Below are positions 37,068 to 51,082 of a DNA stretch of 64,000 bases, in pieces (the first letter of the stretch is position 1; each line of letters starts with the position of its first letter). The stretch is from Hemiscyllium ocellatum. Its lineage: Eukaryota. A model generated the notes under the pieces. The model made no database searches, was not told the DNA's origin, and worked only from the letters and a program-made list of their open reading frames with translations. The stretch covers positions 35,755,877-35,819,876 of the forward strand of contig NC_083429.1 in NCBI RefSeq assembly GCF_020745735.1, given 5' to 3'. The translations under genes and the position numbers were made by a program.

Positions 37068-40000
37068 ATGAAATTCATTACAGCAGCCATCATTGTAGGT
37101 CTTTGCTTTCTCACTGGTAAGAATTTAATATATTGATCTTTAAAAATTTTTCATTAAATGAATCTTTATTGTCACTTGTTAATTAAAATTACACAAATGG
37201 AAATACACTTATAATCATTCCTGGGTTTATTTATAATAGGGTTGTCCTTGTACATGAATTACTGAAAGTAAGCCAAAGAAATAAAACAAGTGATTAGGAA
37301 GGCAAATGAAATGTTGGCTTTTACTGAAAGGGAGATGGAGAATAATAGAAGAAAAGCCTTGCTATAGGACATTGGTGAAATCCCACCTCATGTATCCTAT
37401 GCATCTAAATCTGTTTATAGGATGCTAAATTCTGAGGAGTTCAAGATCACAAAAGGTCAGCATGAGGTACAACAAGTGATTAAGAAGACACATGGTTTGT
37501 TGGCTTTTCATTGTGAGGGAGATGGGATATAGAAATAGGGAAAACTTGCTACAACTGCACAGGATAATGGAGAAAAGTGTGGTGCTGGAAAAGCGCAGCA
37601 GGCCAGACAGCATCCGAGGAGCAGGAGAGTTGACGTTTCAGGCATAAGCTCTCCTTCAGGAATGAGGCTGGTGTGCCAAGCGGGCTGAGATAAAAAGTAG
37701 GGGGGGAGGAGGAATTTGGGGGAGGGGTGCTGGAAATACGATAGGTGGAAGGAGGTGAGGGTGAGGGTGATAGGCCGGAGAGGGGGTGGGGGCGGAGAGG
37801 TCGGGAAGAAGATTGCAGGTCAAGAGGGCAGTGCCGCAGACCTACAATCTTCCCGACCTCTCCACCCCCACCCTCTCTCCGGCCTATCACCCTCACCCTC
37901 GTCCTCACCTCCTTCCAACTATCGTATTCCTAGCGCCCCTCCCCCAAATCCCCCACCCCCCCCTACTTTTTATTTCAGCCCCCTTGGCACACCAGCCTCA
38001 TTCCTGAAGAAGGGCTTATGCTCGAAACGTCAATTCTCCTGCTCCTCGAATGCTATCTGGCCTGCTGTGCTTTTCCAGCATCACACTTTTCAACTCTGGT
38101 TTCCAGCATCTGCAGTCCTCACTTTCTCCCAGGATAATGGAGAAACCCAACCTAATCTGCTGTTGATCTGCTCACCTAAAGAGAGATATCTGACATTGAA
38201 AACAGTTCGGCAACGTTTCACTGGACTGATTCCTACGATGAAGCAGTTGCCTTAACAGGAAAGAATAGGCAGGTTGCCCTTATGCTCATTAGAGTTCAGA
38301 AGAGTAAGAGCTGATTTCACTGAAACATAGGATTTTGAGTGGGCTTGACTGAGTAAATGTTGGGGTTATGTTTCCTCTCAAAGACAAATGGAGAATAAAG
38401 AGGGCACAATGTGCTTTAATATAAGACAAAGTGAGGAGTAATTTCCTCTCAAAGGGTTGTTAGTCTTTGGAATTCTCTTCGACAAACAGAAAGTGAAGGA
38501 GGCTAAGTCATTGAATAAATTTAAGGCTGAGTTGGATAGATTTTTTGAATGATGAGGGAGATAGCTAAAAAAAATGCATTAAGACAAAATCGTTATCTTA
38601 CTGAGTGGTAGCACAGGCTGAATATGCTAAATAGACTAATGTTGCTCCTATTTATGTTCATCTGTAAAAGATCTGGCCCTAGTTTTCAGCCAATGTCCTA
38701 GATAGCCCAACTTGCGACCTATTTTATCCCAATCTAAATTATCCACAAGGTGTTGAGACTTCAATTAAGTCATCTTCTAAATTCCAAGTAATTTGAGTTT
38801 GCTTACCCTCTCCGTGTCATTAGTTTTTTGACTTTTAGTTTCTTTTTAGCAAACTGCATTCCCTCAAAGACCAATGTATCCTTCCTATGGTACCAAAATT
38901 ACAAACAATATTTCACATATCAGCTGAAGCATGATGTCTACACTCTTGTGCTCAATTCCACTTGATATAAAGGGCAGCATTAGTTTTTTAATTATTTTCT
39001 TCCACTGTTTACAATCTGTAACTAGACCTTTGGTGATCCAAACTTTGCTCCACCACAGTTTCTATCTTTTCATCATTTAGGAAGTATCCTGTTCTATCCT
39101 CGATAAGTTTGTATTTTACCCCAGTTAATATCAGGGTGAATTAAGTCCCCTAGGAGAAAGTGGGGACTGCAGATGCTGGAGATCAGCGTCGTGAGTGTGT
39201 TGCTGGAAAAGCACAGCAGGTCAGGCAGCATCCGAGGAGCAGGAGAATTGACATTTCATGAAGGCCTTATTCTCGAAACGTCGATGCTCCTGCTCATCAG
39301 ATGCTGCCTGACCTGCTGTGCTTTTCCAGCACCACACTCTCGACTCTAAATTATACCCCTACAATTACCATGCTAGTTATTGCAAATCTCAGCAACTTGC
39401 CTACATATTTACTCTTCTACTTCCACAAAAAACACTGGTAGGCAGGATTTGTGAGAATTCTAAAATATTCTACAAGTATATCAAGGGAAAGGTAATAACT
39501 AGGGAAAGCCCAGACCTATCAGAGACCAACGGGGCATGAAGTCAGAGGACGTTGGTAGAGTGTTAAACAAATATTTCACATCTGTCTTTACTGGGAGGAG
39601 GATGCAAGTATACATTCACATGTATAAGCACACACACTTGCCAAGTGCTGACAAGATTCACTAGGATGTTGCCTGGGATAGAGCATTTTAGTTTTAAGCT
39701 CAGGTTGTTTTCTTTGGAGCAGACAATGTTTGAGGGAGCACCTGATTGGGGTGTACAGGTCATTCTGGTATAACGCACATTTTGTCAACACGAATGGGCT
39801 ATAACTTGATTGACAAATTATGGACGATGTTTGGATAACGCAAGCTTTCTACTGAACAGGTAGAGCAGTTTTCTATGGTCTCTTCTACAAGTTTCTATAA
39901 CTCGGGGTTGCAGATGAACGCAACTGTCGCATTATTGCTGAACAACCTGTACAAGATTATGAGGGATAAGGATAGGGTGCATAGAAAATGGCTATTCCCT

Positions 40001-43000
40001 TAGTCAGGGCATCAAGAACAAGGGGGAACTTTTAAAGTGGGAGGGGATTTGAGGAAGATATTTCTTATCCAGAGAGTGGTGGGTATCTGTAATGCACTGC
40101 CTGGGAAGTGGTTAAGGCGAGAAACCTCACAACCTTTAAAATGTGCTTGAATGAACACTTGAAGTGTCATAACATTCAAGGCTATTTGCCAAGTGCAGAA
40201 AAATGTGATTAATGTAGATAGTACCGTATATACTCACATATATACACGTTCTCCCCGTGTCTGCGTGGGTTTCCTCCGGGTGCTCCGGTTTCCTCCCACA
40301 GTCCAAAGATGTGCGGGTCAGGTGAATTGGCCAAGCTAAATTGCCCGTAGTGTTAGGTAAGGGGTAAATGTAGGGGTATGGGTGGGTTGCGCTTCGGCGG
40401 GTCGGTGTGGACTTGTTGGGCCGAAGGGCCTGTTTCCACACTGTAAGTCTAATCTAATCTAATATAAATCAATCTCATGTATAGGTTGACCCCTTGGTTT
40501 TGGCCAAATGATCTGGTATTTTCATATACTTCGAGCATAAGTCAACCCTAATTTCTCAGGGGTCTCTTCCTGATTATCCCTTAATATTTGTGATATTTGG
40601 TGAGAAGAGTTTTTTTACTGTGAATATCAGTTTTTCATGTAAAGTGTTTATTGTATATTATTAACAGTTTCATGTGGTCTTTTATTTCAAATAAAACACT
40701 AGCAGTCTTTTTTATGTTTTTACAGCTCCTTTGTTTTTATTTCATAAACTGTGTATTGTACATATACCCCGGTAGATGGTCTCACCCCCTGCTTGTTTGC
40801 CTATTAACTTTTGTGCATATGTGTAAGACCTACACGTGCTTTACCGTATTGGTAACTGGAATACGATCTGACAGTACTGTTCTACCATAGCAGGCAGAAT
40901 GGAGGCAGTTATTTTGTAGATAAATATTCAATGATGGCCATCAGTCTTTTTCTTTTGTTATTTATTAATTTGGATAGAAATCTGGCTTTTGTTTATCCAT
41001 TTTTTGACTCATGCCAAGCATGAATTTCATCCCCTCTAAAAAAATGTCTTGTGTATAAGTCGACCTCCTAATTTCAACTGATAAAAGTCTTCAAAACTCA
41101 ACCGATACACGAGTACATATGGTAGTTTATATTTCAGTGGTACAGACTTCAGTGGGCTGAAGATATTGTACTGTATGATTCTATGATTCTCACTGCTTAG
41201 ACATCTGTTGTATACCTCCAGCAGTATGATTGCCTCTTTTCTGTTCCTCAGCTCCCTCCACTATTATTAGATATTATTAGATCCTTCCACTGTATCATCC
41301 CACCTCACAGCTGTGATTGCTTATTTACTCAATGTTGTTATCCCCAACCCTCTATACCCATCTCTCTATCCTGTTGTAAACCATGTGACCAGGAGTCTTG
41401 AGTTGTCATTCCTATCCTCTGTACCTGCAAGAGTTCTTTAGTAACATAGAATCATAGAATGCCCCCAGACTCTCAACACCTCAAAAGGACAGGGTCGAAA
41501 CAGCATGGGAATAGCATGGTGTGCTTGACACTCTTGAACCTGGAGTGTGTTTGGTTGTGCATTTGTATACGTGTGTCTGTGTGTGTTTCTGTGTGTGTTT
41601 CTATGTGCCTGGTTTCATTCTGGTGTTTCAATGATAAATTCATAGTTACTAATTACTTCCATGCATTTGTTGCTGCATGAATCTGGGAAAACTGGAACTT
41701 TACTGTTCAGAGATTTATATCAATAGATTTGGTTTCCAAATTACCTCTCGCAAAAATATGTTCTATAGTTTGCTCATAACATAACATCAGGACATCACAG
41801 CTCCTCACACAGAATGCTTGCTGAATTTTATTGTATTACCGTCAGTCTTTGATTACTATTACAGCTGAAACCTTGAAATGTTACCAATGTCTCAACACCA
41901 GATTAATAGAGGAATGCAATTCACAATATCAGTTATGTCCATCTAACAAATCAATGTGCCTCACCTCTGTGAAGACAGTAGGATTTAGCCAGGGTGAGTA
42001 TTTTTCACTTTTGATAAAATATTTCACATAAAAGGCATAGGAAAGATAGCTATATCCCAATATTTACTGTCTTGGGGATCATTCTGAATACTTCTTTTCA
42101 AACATCTATCATGTGTTTGTTATAGAATGAGAACGTACATACCAATAATTCATATCCATATTAAAAGTTCCTGAAAATATCTATTGAATTTCAGATGGCA
42201 CAATTCAAACAACCAGATGTATTGAAAAGCAAAGAAAGGAAAAGGAAGTCAGATGTCAATAAAGTGCTGATGATGATGATTGAATGTTGAAAAGCATTTT
42301 TAAGCCAGTACTTTTGCTGTGTAGCAACTGTTACAGACAGACTTATATGCTCTTTTAGTGACCATATACGCTATGCTTTTGTGTGGAAAGAAACATATCT
42401 ATTTTTATCCTTGAATATATATTCCAATTAATCATTCAACATCAGCCTTTGTGAATTTAAAATAAGGTTAGTTATTCTCACATACGTACCCCTGAATTCA
42501 TGTAATACTACATAAGTCCATAAGCATAAGTCCATTATTTGGTCTTATACACTCATAGGAAGATGGGATATTGGTAAAGATAATGCATTTTTAAAAATTA
42601 TAGTTAATTTGGACTTGAATTACAATTTCAATTTTCCCAGGTCATAGGCCTGTGGTTTCTTCAGTGGTGATTTAAAATTGATGTAAAGCTCTTATAAAGC
42701 AAAGGGCGCACAACAAATGGTGAGATTTCTTGGAGTCAAATATCTAGGGAGTTGACTCCCAGATGAAATTAAAACTGCGATGGATGAAATACTTGAGCTG
42801 CTTGATGAATTTAGCTCATTTTCAAGTCTGGTTTGTAGACTGCCGGATGACTGATGATGCTGGTCAATCCACTAGATCCTTGGGTGCAGTCCCCAAAGCT
42901 GAACCTATGAATGCTAAGTCAACACCTCTGAGGAACATGCAGCCTAGACTGGGTGGGAGAAACCATCACGGTACAATGAAGTGTCGGTAATGCTTAGTGT

Positions 43001-45123
43001 CTTGGCCTTTTGTCCATTGTGAAACATGGAAAAACCATTCCAGAATCTCCATATTTGTTAGATGTTGGTCCATTCTTGAACAATGAGGCATGTGAAATCT
43101 ACAAATGTTTGTGAAGTACCGTGCACAGATCTCATGATTTGCACTAAACATCTTGTTATGAAGATGTGGGTGTACTGTACCTTTTAAAAGAGTTAAAAGC
43201 TAGCAGTGACAGCACCAAGTGTCCTCAATAAGATACAATGTAACATGTGCTGCAGTAACTGGGGTAGCTAGGGTAGCTGGTTGCCTAGAAATGACAAAAC
43301 AGATTCGAATTAGGCCAATCTCTACAAATTATACCCTGAAAAATATCAAAGTCCAATCCAATTTGAATTTATCATATTGACAATTTTAGAAGCCAATGAC
43401 ACAATCCGATGCTTTGGGGGTATTAGACTCGGGAAAAACGAACAGTTGGGAGGAGAAGTGCCAAACCAACCACATCTGCACGTTGCCCAGAAAATAGCTC
43501 TCTTAAAAGGTACCTTTATCAATCAGTAATCTGTGAGCAGAATCCCCAAGGAGGAGAAAAGAAGACCAAAATACAGAGAAGAATGAAAGCTGCCTGGTTT
43601 CCAGATAAAAAGTTTTGTTTTGTAAATCGTAATCAGGAATTTTATCAGACTAGTATTATAGAAGGGAAGGTAAAAGATAGGTTAGAGTAAGGACTTGTAG
43701 ATAGTTGTTAATTAATTATCCTATGCTATACTTTAAGAAATAAAGTTGTTAATTTGTACTTTAAATAGTTCTTGGCTACTAGTATTTTTACAGATTACTG
43801 AATGGGATAAATCTTTTCTGTGATGCTGGTTGTAAATTAAGCAGGAGTGTTTACCCCATGTCAACAATCTCAACAGCCTAATTTTAATAATTATTAGTAT
43901 AAGTTCATAAACTGACATACCTATACCAGGCCTGACATCACAGTTGCAATATAGGAAATGCTGCTGGTAATTTGTTTTCAGAAAACTCCCACACACAGAA
44001 ATATGTTAATGATGAGATTTTCTTTGGCTGATATTGATATAAGGATAATTATTGGGCAGATTAGGGATAACTCCTCTGTTCCTCTTTGAAATAGTTTAGA
44101 AATCTTTTCCATCCACCCAGGCAGCAGATGGGCTCTTGGTTTACTGTATCTTATGAAAGGCAGCGTCTCTGATACTGCACTGGACTGGAAGTGTCCCTGG
44201 TGCTGTGAATTACCAATGCTAACCACTGAGCCACCATGCTACTACCCCAGTTACTCAGGTCAATGAATGTTAACAGGCTTTATTGAATATAACAATGCAC
44301 AAAGGAAATGCAAGAGCACATCTTCTAGAACCTGATACATTCAAGCTCCACTTCTGTGTGATTTAATGTCACGATAGTATCATTCTTTATGCACATGCTC
44401 AGTACTTTTTCTTAGAGTACAGTTATAGTTAACTCTTTATTTTACAGTCATCAGAGATTGTAGTGATGAAGGGCTAAATCCCGAAACGTCGACTCTCCTG
44501 CTCCTAGGTTGCTGCCTGACTTGCTGTGCTTTTCCAGCACCACATTTTTTGACTTGGATAACAGTCCCAATCAAGCATGGCTGACCAGGAAACTCGTCTG
44601 CTCTTCCCATAAGTCTTTAGGAAGGATTTCCAGCTTAATGACCACTCTGTTTGGCCTTGTTATGATCACTCCTTTCATAGCCATCAGGTCCAGGAGTGGG
44701 ACTTGAACCTGGAGCCTCTGATGTAAAGACAGCAGGGCTACTCACTGCTTCACACAAGCACCTGTCCATTTAGATAAGGGGAACATTTCAGATGAATACA
44801 ATTTAAACAAGTAATAGCTTTAATGATTAATGTTAATTATGTTTAAAATGTTATGTAAATCAACCAATGAGAAGGTCACCTAATCTATTTATTCTGTTAC
44901 AGCTGGACTTGGCATTGTGAGGGTCACAAAGAAATGTTCATATCATTCGGAGTGTACCGCTGATGCCAGTGATATAACCATTGGAGGTAGAAAAGTTATT
45001 TGCTGCTCCACTGACTTTTGTAACGTTGATAGTTCTGCTGACTACTCCAAACATAGCTGGATATTGCTAGGAAGCATCCCCACCCTCGCTTGGACTCTTC
45101 TAGAATGGACTCTCTCTACCTAA
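37068..45123 (+). CDS. GPI-anchored Ly6/uPAR (three-finger) protein; join(37068..37116,41865..41993,44903..45123), 132 aa
   Basis: Signal-peptide exon MKFITAAIIVGLCFLT, then LKCYQC...C...C...C / C...C...CCSTDFCN (10 Cys) and a hydrophobic C-terminal tail. Both introns are phase-1 GT-AG, the canonical Ly6 layout. Orthology cannot be assigned by eye. Confidence 0.92.
37560..38145. mobile_element. Palindromic Penelope-derived insertion with hammerhead-like cores
   Basis: Arms of about 250 bp (about 37576-37838 and 37839-38090) are reverse complements. 16-bp flanking direct repeat CAGGATAATGGAGAAA. CTGAAGA-AGGGCTTATGCTC-GAAAC at 38004-38028. Confidence 0.75.
39150..39347. mobile_element. Short palindromic element of the same family
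   Basis: Inverted arms GCTGGAAAAGCACAGCAGGTCAGGCAGCATC / GATGCTGCCTGACCTGCTGTGCTTTTCCAGC around a degenerate TGAAGG..CGAAAC core. Confidence 0.75.
39756..39949. mobile_element. Tc1/mariner (Tigger-like) MITE inserted in a CR1 fragment
   Basis: TA|CAGGT...ACCTG|TA. The host rejoins as GGTGTA-CAAGATTATGAGG. Confidence 0.75.
40224..41122. mobile_element. Non-autonomous Tc1/mariner-type DNA transposon
   Basis: TA|CCGTATATACTC... and ...GAGTACATATGG|TA termini, with repeated TAAGTCGACC-like subterminal motifs. Confidence 0.65.
40245..40462 (+). mobile_element. 5'-truncated HE1-type SINE
   Basis: Matches the 3' two-thirds of the copy at 31358 with no differences noticed; (TAATC)n tail. Confidence 0.92.
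43154..43866 (+). mobile_element. Solo LTR in intron 2 of the Ly6 gene
   Basis: TGTT...AACA termini, 4-bp TSD ATCT (43150-43153 and 43867-43870), AATAAA near 43740. Confidence 0.85.
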
Positions 45124-48100
45124 ATGAGTGTAATCCAACAGCCTATGCACGTTTGGATTTCACAGATTTTACAAGAGAAAATCTGCACATTTATTTTAAA
45201 CACAGAATGAGCTGTTTTCTTAGAGTGTTGTATTTATTGTTGATGTTGTTTCATTAAGGTAATGATTTCCGTCATCATTTGTCGGGTGGCCAGGTTGGAA
45301 TGAATCCAGGGAAAGAGTCAATTGTCCTGGAGAATGAAAACTTCACTGAAACAGTTTGTTCATTAAAATGGAGCATCTTATTTGCAATGGTAAATTTGCA
45401 TGCCCAATCAAATGTCTAGAATTAAAGTTCAAATGATCTGATTGGATCACTTGAATCCAAAAGAGAGGATTTGCAGGGTAAGGCACAATATTTATTGCAT
45501 AGTATTGCTTTACCCCAATAACAAAGATATGGAGTGATCACAGTCGAAAAAGAAGCGATTAAGGCTCAATGTTTTTTTTTAAATGAAATAATAAACATTA
45601 AGAAATGGCCCACGAGAATCCTTATCAACAATGTAAATATTTCACTGACCATGACATTTCGCAGTAAATACTGGAGTGACATTGAAGGCTGACAAGTAAA
45701 GTATTAATGTCTCACTTATCCTCGAGTTATAGATCAATAGAATGGTTACAGCACAGAATGGGGCCTTTCAGATTGCTGTATCCTGTGTGTCTTGGCTCAC
45801 TGAAAGTGCAAATTAACCAATTACACCCTATAATCCTGCAATCTTTTTCTTTTCAGACAGTGACCCTATTCTCTTTGGAAGGCCTTAATTGAATCTGCTT
45901 CCAGAACATTCTTAGACAATGTATTACAGATGCTAATCATTCCCTGTGTAAATTATTTACTTCCTAATGTCATTATTGCTTCCATTGCCAGTCACTGTAC
46001 AATTTATGTCCTCTAGTTCTCAATTCTTCTGCCAAGATGAACTGTTTCTTTCTAACTTACGTAGATCCCTCATGCTTTTAAATACCTCTATCAAATCTCC
46101 TCTTTATATTCATGGAAAAAATTTGTTATTCAAATGCAATCAATGTCTGTACAGTGGTGTCCAAAGTAGAAGAACTTACTTTTTATTTCAATTTATAAAC
46201 GTGTATTTAAATTAAACATTTGTTTGGTTATTCACTAAATTATGTCAGAATCATGGTCTTCATGCTGTTCCTCTTCTTCGCCATCAAAGGAGGAGAAATT
46301 TACTTGATGCACAGGCTGGTGTTTTGCAACATTTAAGAGGCATTTAGATAGGTATATGAATAGGAAGGGTTTGGAGGGATGTAGGCTGGGTGCTGGGTTG
46401 GGATATCTGGTTGGCATGGACGGGTTGGACCGAAGGGTATGTTTCCATGCTATACATCTTCATGACTCTATAAGAACAAAAAGTGTGGTTATACTGAGAT
46501 GAACATAGAAGCAAGGCAAGGCTGGATTAAAAACCAATTAGGAGAAGTTAAATAGAAATTGAAATAGCAGGAAATATTAAAAGAATGGTCAATTGTTTTG
46601 ACAATTGGATATAAATGCAAAACAGTGAAGGCTGTCAAGATATCATACATAAGATACAACACTTTATGAACAAAAGATACCAAACATGTCAAAGTTTTTC
46701 TGCTTTGTTCATGGGATCACCATGATTGGTCTGCAGCATGGAAGCTGCATATTAAAATAAAAATATTCAAAATGAAAGGTACAGATAGGGCAGTCACTGA
46801 CAGGCTAAGGAGATTAAAAAGAAGCAACATTCAGGGACAAATAGATAACACCTTAACAAAAGTGCAATCTTTAACAAATACAGTACCTAGAAATGGAGCC
46901 TCAGGTTTGGAACTGATCGGGATAACCAGGAATAAGCCAATAAACACATCATATCCATTGTTGTGAAGTACACAAGATATTTATAAAATTCAGATTTATA
47001 TTTGCGGATACATTCTATTTTGTTCAAAAAGCGCATGATCTGTAGACAGACAATCAATGTGACATTTTTAAAATTCCTACTTTGGAAATAAAACCAGTCT
47101 GGCTCCAGGATGAGATACAAACAGACTTGAAACATGGCCTCACACCTACAATGCATTGTCTGACCTGGGGTGTCATCTTTATCCTGATAAAACCTGAAGA
47201 TATTTTGGGGCAATGACTTGAAAGAAATTCTGGGATTTATATATTAATCAGTCAAAACCTGTACCTCCATTCCAACTGATTAAAGACTTAATAGCCATCC
47301 AGGTTTGTTCAATATATTCACATAGGTTGTATGACCATTTGATTTTTTACTTATAAATTCTGTGTCCGATGTATTCCCTCTCACTACCTGCCTGAGGAAG
47401 GAGTAGGAACTTCGAAGGCTTGAGGTCTTAAATAAATCTGTTGGACTATAACCCAGTGTCACGTGATTTTTGACTTTGTCCACCCTAGTCCAACACCAGT
47501 ACCTCCACAACAAAATACAGGGAAGTGAAGCAGAAAGATTTTGAAAGGTGCTGCTCACTAGTGAATCTGTCAGCACTCACTGTACAAGAGGAACTGTCTA
47601 TGATTGCAGGAGTAACACAACTTGATGCTTTCATTCAACCCAAGACCTGGTGCTTTACTGGTGAATCTGAGAGTGGGAACCATGAGTCACTGATTTGAGG
47701 AGGAGGAGAATGAGAGCTGGCAAGTATGATTCCATATTGAGTGTGCTGTGAGGGAGCATGTGCAGTGGGGGCCATGCAATAAAAATCTAGTGCCTTGGCA
47801 GAGCAACATTAGCAGACACTTGACTGCCATTTGAGCATCTTTGCAAGCCAAGTGATGGGCAGAATACTGCTGGTCAACACAAGGGAATTTTCCAACAGTG
47901 GGACCTGTTTCAGACCTGCTACAAGAAAGTAAATGCATAATCTGTTGCCAGTTAAGCATGAGCCAATCTTAACTTTATTAGATACATAATCAGCTTGTGA
48001 TTATTGAATGACATGCATGTGCTTCAAAATTGATATCTCCAACACATACTATTAAGGTTAGTTTGGCATGACAATGGGCTATTGAAATAAAGTGGAAATG

Positions 48101-49191
48101 TAAGTGACAAAGGTTAGAAAAACAGGCATTATTGTCTGGGTTAATGCTGTAAGATGTTGGCTAACTTGGTGCTGGGTCCGAGGGCCTAAATGGGGGATTG
48201 TTGGAGCTGCGTCTGGCTTAAGAGAATTATTAGTTGAGGCAGCAGATTCCACAAACAGAATCATGACCTTCACACTCACGGCAATCAGATAAGAAAATGA
48301 AGTGCCTCATGGAACTCTTAGGAGGAAAGAGAAAACTTTTTATTTAGTAAAGTGTAGAGGGAAGAGACTGATTCCATCATAATTAAAGGCTCTTTAAGTA
48401 ATTGCCAAAAAAAAATTGGCATAGTGAAATTATAAGTGCGACTAACAAACAAATGGAATTTAGCATAATTCTTTCAGACAAATAGCTGTAGATTGTAGAG
48501 AGAAGCCCCCCATCCTACCAGCAGGGGGCAATGAAAATGAATACCAAGGCCTGAAAGATGTATAATGGAGGGTATAAACAGAAAACCTCACTAGAGGGAC
48601 ACTGAAGAAACGATAGCAGTGGTATTGTAAAACATTACTTGGCATTATGATGTCAGGAAAACAATTGCAGCTTTATCAGGTACCAAACAGCACCCAGTCA
48701 GTAAGATGCAACTGGCAAATGGATCACTCTGACCACCTCTGGCAGAATGGTCAGAGGTGAGATGGTAAGCCAAGATATCAATGTTGCATGTAATTACTGT
48801 AATGCAGAATGGCACTGTAATCACATGTTTATATTTTCTGAATATGACAGCTTGTGCTGTGAAAATGAAGCATGGTTTACCTTCCTTTGATGGTTCTGTA
48901 CTACAAAATAGCAGTCTGAATGGAAATACTGGTCTACATTTCCGAAAGAGCCTTGAACACAACCTCCAATCAGAAATGTAGAGCCTGTTTCTTTTATTGA
49001 AAGAGGTGGTGTGGCAACCTACACAAGATCACCAACCCTCAGAAAATTGGACACATTGTTTCTTAAGAATGAGTAAAGCAGCTAAGATAAATAATCTTAA
49101 TAATAAACAAATATTTTGATTTGCTTTATAATATGCTTTAATTGTTGTAATTTTAGTCAGAGTTCAACAGAATAAATCTATAACAGTTGCA

Positions 49192-51082
49192 TTATTGATT
49201 CAATATAGTCTTTCATGCGAGCATCCAAGGAGACTGCAGCCTCACAGTCTGACATAGTGTTTATAGTTTTAGGAACAAATATTTCAAGTTGTGATACTTC
49301 ATAACCTGCCTCCTTCAAAGTTTTCTTTCCAAAAAGGCCTGATCAAATTTCAGGCATGAGAACTTGGGCGGCACGGTGGCACAGTGGGTGGGCGGCACGG
49401 TGGCACAGTTGTGGGCGGCACGGTGGCACAGTGGTTAGCACTGCTGCCTCACAGCGCCAGAGACCCGGGTTCAATTCCCGCCTGAGGTGACTGACTGTGT
49501 GTGGAGTTTGCACGTTCTCCCCGTGTCTGCGTGGGTTTCCTCCGGGTGCTCCGGTTTCCTCCCACAGTCCAAAGATGTGCGGGACAGGTGAATTGGCCAT
49601 GCTAAATTGCCCGTAGTGTTAGGTAAGGGGCAAATGTAAGGGTAGGGGTATGGGTGGGTTTCGCTTCGGCGGGTCAGTGTGGACTTGTTGGGCCGAAGGG
49701 CCTGTTTCCACACTGTAAGTAATCTAAAAAAAAACTTGTGTTTATCCACTGTACATACGGTCTTGTTCAAAACAGTGATCATAATAAGCAACCCACCAGT
49801 TTTTAACAGAGAGGTTACATTTCTAACAGCTGTGCAGTAAGCTGCTTTATCTTTTCAGGCAGCTTCCAGACACAAAGAAGTCATCAGTCAACAGGTTCTA
49901 ATTCCACTGGATGCAGAGGATTATTTTGATGAACGTCACACTTCAAAACTTGCTTGATGGAATCTCTCAGCTTCTTCTCTTTGTCTTGCCATTTTCTCCT
50001 CAAAGATACAAACTCAATGTCTGAAAACTAGATTCTACAAAAAAATGTGTGCCGTATTAAAAGGGAATGACCTGCATTTCAAGCCAATTGTTAATGTTTA
50101 CTCTGAGAAGTTTCCAGTTGAGGGGATACTCCACAGCAAAAACTTAGTGATGACTAAGTGATGGAAAGAACTCTGCAGGTTGATCTGCCCAAAATAGATG
50201 GAGAACAGTATTTCTGTCAGCTCATGTTCATTTAAAGAAATAACATTTCCTCACCCTATCGTGTCTTTATGTGCTTCAATAGCTAGTTGCATCTGGACAG
50301 CACTTTTAACAAACGGATGCATTACAAGGCAATTCAGTGGAAAAAGATCAAATTAAATTTGACAAAGTCACGTAACAGTTAGTGAATATGGCCATTGAAG
50401 CCAACATCATCAATGACTCTGCGCATCCTGGTCATACTCTCTTCCAACCTCTTCCATCGGGCAGAAGATACAATTGTTTGAAAGCACATACCAACAAATT
50501 CAAGAACAGTTTCTTCCCTGCTTTATTGGACTTCTGAACGAATCTCACACATAGTCGATTGACCTTTCTGCGTACCTTCTCTGCAGCTGTAATGTTATAT
50601 TCTGCATTATGATCTTTTACCTTGATGTATTCATGTAGATATGATTTGTCTGGAAAGCACACAAAACAATAGTTTTCACTGTGTCTTGGTATGTAACACT
50701 AATAAGTCAAATCAAATCACACCAGAGGAGGTCAAGTAATTCAGTACAATTTAAAATTCAAACCCATAATTTTCTTGCTCTGTAAGTTTCAGTAATACAC
50801 TGAAAAATGTATATGGATCAATAAGCAAACTTTTCTATTGAAAAGAGCAGAGCACCTCAGGGTTAGTTCTTAATTACCTGTTGCCTTCCAGTTCACACAC
50901 AAATTTTGCAATTGGGCTCTAGTCAAAAGCTTTTGGATCATTTTGTAACCACTGCTTAATCTCTTGACGATTGTTGGAAGCATAATCAGACAAAACCATT
51001 TCCTCCACATACTCCGTGGCACAGAGAGCGCAGTGAAGACAGGGACCACATCCGATTTCAAGAAGTGTGTGTAATCTTGGAC
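49192..51082 (-). pseudogene. NNMT-like pseudogene, exon 2 (50878-51082) and exon 3 (49192-49998); no exon 1 found
   Basis: Inverted paralog of the gene at 53622-60318. Lesions: TGG>TAG (50919-50921), TGT>TGA (about 49855), a 4-bp deletion (about 49890), and a SINE insertion in exon 3. Confidence 0.93.
49367..49732 (+). mobile_element. HE1-type SINE with triplicated 5' head
   Basis: GGCGGCACGGTGGCACAGT occurs three times, then a normal body. TSD AACTTG (49361-49366 and 49733-49738). Confidence 0.93.
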
